Of a stretch of DNA of 64,000 bases, positions 58,583 to 64,000 are shown in pieces. The DNA lies in contig OZ242221.1 of NCBI GenBank assembly GCA_965206845.1, positions 1,280,001-1,344,000 of the forward strand, in the 5' to 3' direction. Position 1 is the first letter of the stretch. Each line of letters opens with the position of its first letter. The notes beneath the pieces were generated by a model. The model worked only from the letters and a program-made list of their open reading frames with translations. It was not told where the DNA came from and did not search any database. Source of the DNA: Cenarchaeum sp. GTDB taxonomy: Archaea; Thermoproteota; Nitrososphaeria; Nitrososphaerales; Nitrosopumilaceae. A program made the translations under genes and the position numbers.

Positions 58583-59596
58583 CTACCGTCCCGGCGGCAG
58601 GTCTGATGCTTGTGCATCTGCGCTTGTCCAGCGATCGAGGTTTGTGTCTTGGGGCCGGCTTGACTTTCTTGCGTTTCCGGACAGCCCGTCAATCTCCCTT
58701 ATCGTCGAGTAGGATGTCTTGATGAACCACGGCCAAGGCTGCCCGGATCCCTTCCAGGCGAGGAGCCACTTTGTTGTTCTCTCATCTGCCGGGCTTCCAG
58801 AGCCTATGGACAGACCGTTGATCTGAAACTCTGCGTTGATTCCTGCCATGATTCTGCCCCGTTCCGCCTTTGCGAGTGCCGCCGCCAGCTTGGCCTCAAG
58901 GAACCTGTCGTCGGCCCTGTTTGTGACTATGACTTCTGTTCCTGCCTCCTCCAAGCCGCGAAGGTAGCTCCTCAGGCCGTCTCCTATGTTATAGTCGTCA
59001 AGAACGATGCTTGTCCTGCCCGGGGAACCCTCGTGCGTCAGATGCGATATGATCCCTTTGTATGCTTCATCCATGAGCCTGTTTATGTTGTATTTGTCTA
59101 CGTCCTGCGGGGAAATCCTCTCTATGTAAAAGTCAAGTCCCCTGGATGCCAGCTGGCCGATCCGGGAGGATAGTGCATCCCAGTACTTTGACGTGTGGCG
59201 GGACTTTGTGTCTGTTGCCCCGACCATCTTTGCGATCTCTCTGTAGAGTTCCGACGGAAAGCACACCCCACACAGCACCTCATCGCCGGCAACCTCGCCC
59301 TTTCCGGTCTCATCGAGGCCTATCATGATCTCCCTGCCCGTCCTCTCAAACCCGGGTGTGCACAGTGCGGAGATCCTCTCCCTCAGCTCCAGCATCTGTC
59401 CGCCTGCCATCTGGTCGCTGTACAGGGTTCCGGTTTTGTACAGTGTGAAGATCGATCTGTCTATGCGCAGGCGCCAGATCTCGGCATCTGGCTTTAAGGT
59501 GCCGTCCTCGATCGCTCCGTATGATCTGATCAGATCCTTGATCTCGTCAGCGCGCCCGTCCAGTATGGTCCACTTCTGTCCACTCTGCGGCAACAT
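58583..59596 (-). CDS. RNase HII/HIII-like protein with N-terminal extension
   Basis: IGLDETGKGE, DTK, VLDDY, RADDRFLE..LAAALAK; N-terminal FTLYKTGTL as in RNase HIII. Confidence 0.75.
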   Translation of the reverse strand: MLPQSGQKWTILDGRADEIKDLIRSYGAIEDGTLKPDAEIWRLRIDRSIFTLYKTGTLYSDQMAGGQMLELRERISALCTPGFERTGREIMIGLDETGKGEVAGDEVLCGVCFPSELYREIAKMVGATDTKSRHTSKYWDALSSRIGQLASRGLDFYIERISPQDVDKYNINRLMDEAYKGIISHLTHEGSPGRTSIVLDDYNIGDGLRSYLRGLEEAGTEVIVTNRADDRFLEAKLAAALAKAERGRIMAGINAEFQINGLSIGSGSPADERTTKWLLAWKGSGQPWPWFIKTSYSTIREIDGLSGNARKSSRPQDTNLDRWTSADAQASDLPPGR

Positions 59597-59843
59597 GCTC
59601 TGGCAGAGCCAGCTCTATTTAAGCCGGGACTGCGGATGCCGGTACGGGGTTGCCTACCGCACGGGCAGGGATAAGACTCGGCCGAGCGTGCAGGCCGGCG
59701 CCTACCTGGTCCCGCCTGTGGGATCCTCCGGATGCCTCACGCCTGCCTGCATGTCCCTGTTGCATATCGGATGGCCTCGCGCATCCTGGACGAGGAGGGT
59801 TTACACTGGAGGATTTTTAAAAATAATGAAAAAGTAAAGGGTT

Positions 59844-60113
59844 TTACCAGTACTTGCCGTTGTCGGGAATTAGACCAATCCCCTCGCGCTCGAAGTGTCT
59901 GTCAAGCTCGTCAACCCATCTCTCGCGGTTGTCCTTGTAAGACCATCCGTGGACACGCAACCAGAATGCAATGATCCCCAAGAGGAACACTGTAAACATT
60001 ATGGTCCCGAAGATGTAGATCATGACGTCGAAGAACAGCGGATCGTAGTTTGGGCCCAGCTGCCCTGATATGACTGACAGGATGTTTAGGAGTATTTCCG
60101 ATATAGGAGCCAT
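59844..60113 (-). CDS. amoY: Probable archaeal AMO subunit AmoY (small membrane protein)
   Basis: 89 aa, one TM, convergent with the amoZ candidate in the amo neighbourhood. Confidence 0.6.
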   Translation of the reverse strand: MAPISEILLNILSVISGQLGPNYDPLFFDVMIYIFGTIMFTVFLLGIIAFWLRVHGWSYKDNRERWVDELDRHFEREGIGLIPDNGKYW

Positions 60114-60149
60114 AGTTATCAAAAAAGGGTATGTATGTTATATACATTT

Positions 60150-60340
60150 CCTTGATCCGGGCCGCACGGCGCCATACTTACTCCTTGCTCAGGCACGAAA
60201 ACATGCACTCGGAAATTCGCACTTCTGGCACGTGCAGCAGGTGACCTTGTACATTCTGGTGAATTCCTCTGTCTGGAAGCCGTACCACACGCACGGATCG
60301 CTGGTCTTCGTACGTAGCGGTTGCCACCGTTCGGGCATGC
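60150..60340 (-). pseudogene. Possible IS5-type transposase C-terminal remnant
   Basis: EEFTRMY and ISECMFSCLSKE*YGAVR fragments in shifting frames. Confidence 0.25.
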
Positions 60341-60499
60341 GCGTCTCAGATGTTCCCTGCTCCCGGTCTGGTGGGTAGCGGGCTGGCCGTGGGGCTCACG
60401 CGGCAGTCCCTGCCAGCCGGCCTGGGCGATCCAGGCAGGGCTGTGAGGCCAGCCGCCCCAACAGAAAGGGCTTTAAGGAATTTGGTGGCACACTAGAGT

Positions 60500-61024
60500 A
60501 TGTTCTGGCCCGGAATGGGGGATCCCACAAAACGAAGAAAGACCTTAAAGTTTCTGCTGATGACTGCCGTAATCGCAATATCCGTGGGGGCTGCCAGCAG
60601 CCTGATCCAGGGCCAGATCTTCAAGGACGATCCCCTCAAGGTGTGCATTAACGACAGGGATACGCCGTACAAGATCTCTGCGGTTCTGGAGCTCTACGTT
60701 GATGGTCAGCGGGCGGTCATTCCTGCAAATGTTGGAGCCGGAGAGAACGAGTGCCAGCGTTCCTTGTATACCACGACAGATGACGGGACCATATATGCCG
60801 AGTGGGAGAACCGGTACCCGTTTGAGATAGGTCACTTTCTCTGGATGTGGGAGTTTCCGCTAAGGGACATGGACGAGACCAAGTCTAGAGTTCTGCTGAA
60901 CGGGGAGGAGTCGCCCCAGTTCATCAACACGCCACTGATCGATGGGGCAACGTACCGGGCCGAGTTCACTACAAAGGCACACGACGAGACAAAGGACACG
61001 GACTTTCTGCCTCCAGAATCCTGA
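60500..61024 (+). CDS. Membrane-anchored hypothetical protein of the amo neighbourhood
   Basis: N-terminal TM, IPANVG...C...LYT..DDGTIY.EW. Confidence 0.75.
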   Translation: MFWPGMGDPTKRRKTLKFLLMTAVIAISVGAASSLIQGQIFKDDPLKVCINDRDTPYKISAVLELYVDGQRAVIPANVGAGENECQRSLYTTTDDGTIYAEWENRYPFEIGHFLWMWEFPLRDMDETKSRVLLNGEESPQFINTPLIDGATYRAEFTTKAHDETKDTDFLPPES

Positions 61025-61113
61025 TCCCGGCATGTCCTACAGGCACCTCCATCACCGTGATCAGAATACCTGCGTGTGCCTACATCCGGAGGCTACCTGA
61101 AAAAACCACCGGC

Positions 61114-61428
61114 TCAGTCGTCCATGATCTCAATGGTGTCGAACTGATCCTGCCTGTCTGCCAGAAAGTACGTGATCTCATCCGAATCTATCTCTACCCA
61201 CTCAGACTCGCCGCGGTACGGCAGGAGATCCTCCACGAATATGTCTCCGGGGCCTGTCAGCCTGACTATTGCCCTCGGCCTTGCGAGGATCATGCCAGGG
61301 GGCAGCTTGAGCACCTTGCCTCTTCTCTGGTTCTGGATGTTGATCGAGTACACCTCGTCTCCCAGCTGGATCTTTCCAAAGAAGTAGCTCTGGAAGATAT
61401 CGATCCTGTTTATCTTGAAACTGATCAT
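61114..61428 (-). CDS. Conserved hypothetical protein downstream of amoB
   Basis: 104-aa ORF with coding-like composition. Confidence 0.7.
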   Translation of the reverse strand: MISFKINRIDIFQSYFFGKIQLGDEVYSINIQNQRRGKVLKLPPGMILARPRAIVRLTGPGDIFVEDLLPYRGESEWVEIDSDEITYFLADRQDQFDTIEIMDD

Positions 61429-61515
61429 GCCTGTACTGTGTCGTACTGAGAAAAAACATTGATGGGTATGGTGTCCAATGGACGACTTTAAGATAAAAGG
61501 AAAAGGTTTGGGAGG

Positions 61516-62085
61516 TTAGATTACTTGCCAGGGTCGTGTTGCGAACGTGATAACGTAGCCCACACCAATCAGAATTGACTGATACATGATGTTGGTATAC
61601 GGAATCTCCTTGAGGATGTATTCGCCTGTTACGACTACTGTCTGTCCTGGACCAAGTCCTGGACCTACTGTCGCGACGTTAAGCTGTGTGTGCACGTGGT
61701 ATACTCCTGGCTCTAAGGCCATTGCGCAAACTCTGTATGGTACGATGCTGTTTCCGTCGATGTCAAATACGTTTCCTGGCGGATCTCTCTCCTGAATCTC
61801 CCATCTGTTACCTGCGTTGGTTGACTCTGAGAATATGGATGTCCATCCTCTCAGATCCCTCTCTACTAGGCTGTTCAGATTGCCAGTTATGCAGAGCGTT
61901 TCACCGGTCTGCATAGATCCGCTGTTGAATGACTCATCTTCGATTCTGATGAAGCGACTCTGGAGTTGTGCCTGGACACCGTGCGCCTCTGCCGATGGTA
62001 AGATGGTTTCAACCCAGTTGAAGCCAACTGTACCTAGGGTCAGTATTACGCCCAGTCCCAATACGATTAGTTTTTTATTGATCAT
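61516..62085 (-). CDS. amoB: Archaeal ammonia monooxygenase subunit B
   Basis: AEAHGVQAQLQSRF, YHVHTQLN, FATRPWQVI. Confidence 0.96.
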   Translation of the reverse strand: MINKKLIVLGLGVILTLGTVGFNWVETILPSAEAHGVQAQLQSRFIRIEDESFNSGSMQTGETLCITGNLNSLVERDLRGWTSIFSESTNAGNRWEIQERDPPGNVFDIDGNSIVPYRVCAMALEPGVYHVHTQLNVATVGPGLGPGQTVVVTGEYILKEIPYTNIMYQSILIGVGYVITFATRPWQVI

Positions 62086-62159
62086 AGTTCCCACTTCTTA
62101 ACAAACTGTGTGGATATAGAACGTTATATGTTTTACCTTGATATCGGTAGATTTTGTAG

Positions 62160-62660
62160 TATGGGACGGATACTGGCGGGTACATCCTTCCCCACGCCGC
62201 ATGATGCCCCTCCATTGTCTGCAGATCTGCAGCAGCTCCGCCACTTGGGCCGTACCTTGGACACAAGCGCCTGGCAGGCACCCGCACACCCTCCCGGTAT
62301 GGCGACATGCGCGCTCCCGCAGTTGTACCGCCACGTGAGCAGATCTGCGAGATCGCTTCTGCGCATCAGCACCGTCTCGGACCCTAGCAGTACACACTGA
62401 ATCCTTCTGTGTGGCCTCTGTTCTGCTGCTGGCTTGGGAATGTCTCGCGCATGCCGGAGTCCGGTGAACTCTCGACTCGATCGGCCACCCCTCAAGTTCT
62501 AATGCCTGCTCTTCCTTGCTTCTGACGTGCTGGTGCAGATCTGTGAACCGTGGTTGGTCGTCACTGAAGCCAGCCTCTTGTGGTTCTTATGGACTCTTCA
62601 GGATCCGATGTCTGTTTGTTGTCGATGTTTAACAGCGGACAGAACGAAGTTTGTGTTGTA
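62160..62660 (-). pseudogene. Decayed IS481-family copy between amoB and amoC
   Basis: 62192-62368 aligns at DNA level with 63823-64000; relics TNHGSQI (cf. TDHGSQF) and PQASSRTE (cf. PQTNGK.E). Confidence 0.75.
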
Positions 62661-62760
62661 ATTCCTTTGCCAATATACGGGTATTTTTGTAAATTGTGGC
62701 ATGTGTTATTGCGCATCTTGTAATAACATGGCACCAGATCTCATCCGTGGCTGACACCTG

Positions 62761-62768
62761 CTTTATAT
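62761..62768 (+). promoter_or_regulatory. TATA box of amoC (leaderless transcript likely)
   Basis: CTTTATAT ~24 nt upstream of ATG 62792. Confidence 0.6.
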
Positions 62769-62791
62769 TCGAACCGCGGCGTACATATCAC

Positions 62792-63355
62792 ATGGCACAA
62801 ATGCCCGCTCTAATCCCAAAAGAGGTCGAGATCCAGAGACTCAAGAAGATCTGGCTCATCGTCATCGCAATGGGATCAACTGCAGCGTCGGTCGAGGTAG
62901 ACAACTTTGTCGACGGTTCCCTGCACCAGACATCCATAAGAGACAGCGCGTTTACTCCTGCACACTGGTGGCTATACTCCCACTTTGTAGCACTGCCACT
63001 GGGCTGGGGCTCGGTCGCAATCTACGATAGAAGGGTGCCAGTACTCAGAGGCCCGAACAACTCGATGAACACGGGACTGAAGATGACCATCCTTGGTTAT
63101 CTTGCGACCATGTTCACCATAGGCATCAATGAGATGTGGCACTTTTGGTTCGTGGAAGAGATCTTCGCGGTACCAAACCACTGGATGTTCAACATGGGTG
63201 TAGTCGTGGCCTTTATGGGCGCACTCGCGTACGTCGTAAGGGTGTATGCGAGACTGGTCGAACTTGGCGCAGAGACACCCGGTGAGAACCCGTACGTTGC
63301 AGAGATGTACAAGATGGCCCTTGAAGGCAAGCTGTACAGCCGCGCAATACCCTAA
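62792..63355 (+). CDS. amoC: Archaeal ammonia monooxygenase subunit C
   Basis: MAQMPALIPKE, DGSLHQTSIRDSAFTPAH, NEMWHFWFVEEIFAVPNHW. Confidence 0.97.
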   Translation: MAQMPALIPKEVEIQRLKKIWLIVIAMGSTAASVEVDNFVDGSLHQTSIRDSAFTPAHWWLYSHFVALPLGWGSVAIYDRRVPVLRGPNNSMNTGLKMTILGYLATMFTIGINEMWHFWFVEEIFAVPNHWMFNMGVVVAFMGALAYVVRVYARLVELGAETPGENPYVAEMYKMALEGKLYSRAIP

Positions 63356-63366
63356 ATGCGTAAGCA

Positions 63367-63382
63367 TTTTCTTTTATTTTTT
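63367..63382 (+). terminator. T-rich archaeal terminator after amoC
   Basis: TTTTCTTTTATTTTTT immediately after the stop. Confidence 0.55.
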
Positions 63383-63794
63383 CATGCAATGCCACGCGTA
63401 CTGCGGCACGATCTCAGATCTTCTCCTGCCTAGATGCGGGTTTGCTTCGAGAGGCATAGGCTCAGGAGTGGATCACTTGCATCCTCCGGCAGTAGCGTGG
63501 TGGCAGTAACCGAACCCCAAATTCGCTCTGCTAGGCAGTGACTGGCATGCCAGGACTGGAAAAAGCAGTCGGCGCGTAGTGGATAGAACGCAGGGATCGA
63601 ATCCAGATGGCCTTACTGGGGCAGCAGTGGCCGGGAGCACGACCTGCTGTCCCGGAACCGGCAGGCACAGGAACCAGACTGCGTGGCCATGTCAGTATGG
63701 GATCAAATCCTACTCCATTCAGACACAAAAGCACATCTCGGAAGAATCTTTACGCCTGGCCAGTGCAACACGAGGTCTCGTGCCCATACGACTA

Positions 63795-64000
63795 TGTGGG
63801 ATCCAGAAAGTAGTTCCCCCCTCACGCCGCATGATACTCCTCCCCCGTCTGCTCGTCAATAACGGCCTCTCCCTTTGGAGGCATCTTGCGCACAAACGCC
63901 TGGGCTGGCGTCTCCCGCTCGTCCCTGTTCAGTGACATGTGCGGCCTGTCATGATTGTACCACTGCATGAACAGATCTATGGGATCGCTCTTGCGCATCA
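63795..64000 (-). mobile_element. IS481-family element, right end and transposase C-terminus (runs off window)
   Basis: ...FMQWYNHDRPHMSLN...TPAQAF...* (stop 63822); element end TGTGGGATCCAGAAAGTAGTTCC at 63795 (TGT terminus). Confidence 0.85.

Noticed and set aside
62133-62495. ORFs between amoB and amoC as new AMO subunits
   Set aside because: Explained by the decayed IS481 copy.

Overview
GC-rich archaeal DNA from an ammonia-oxidising thaumarchaeon (Nitrosopumilaceae-like; the high GC, Cache-repeat protein and many decayed IS suggest a host-associated lineage, which is inference). The backbone is ordinary: an 11-gene complex I operon (nuoABCDHIJKMLN), prenyl synthase, sufC, TFB/TBP, ribosomal and translation genes, transaldolase/transketolase, 5S rRNA, two tRNAs, and amoZ/amoY/amoB/amoC. 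The notable parts are mobile and non-coding. (1) An intact IS110 element (46792-48212) has a left-end non-coding region that folds into a two-loop bridge RNA; its guide segments match the element's own target and donor junctions, and it sits inside an 80-bp MITE with a perfect 9-bp TSD. (2) A tnpB gene is bounded by ~48-bp terminal inverted repeats and a degenerate 8-bp TSD, with no tnpA. (3) amoC is flanked by two same-orientation IS481 copies. (4) There is an unannotated C/D-box sRNA, a tRNA-Glu with a T-loop BHB intron and a CADD-like self-sacrificing pABA synthase candidate. All family calls come from motif recognition by eye, without database searches.
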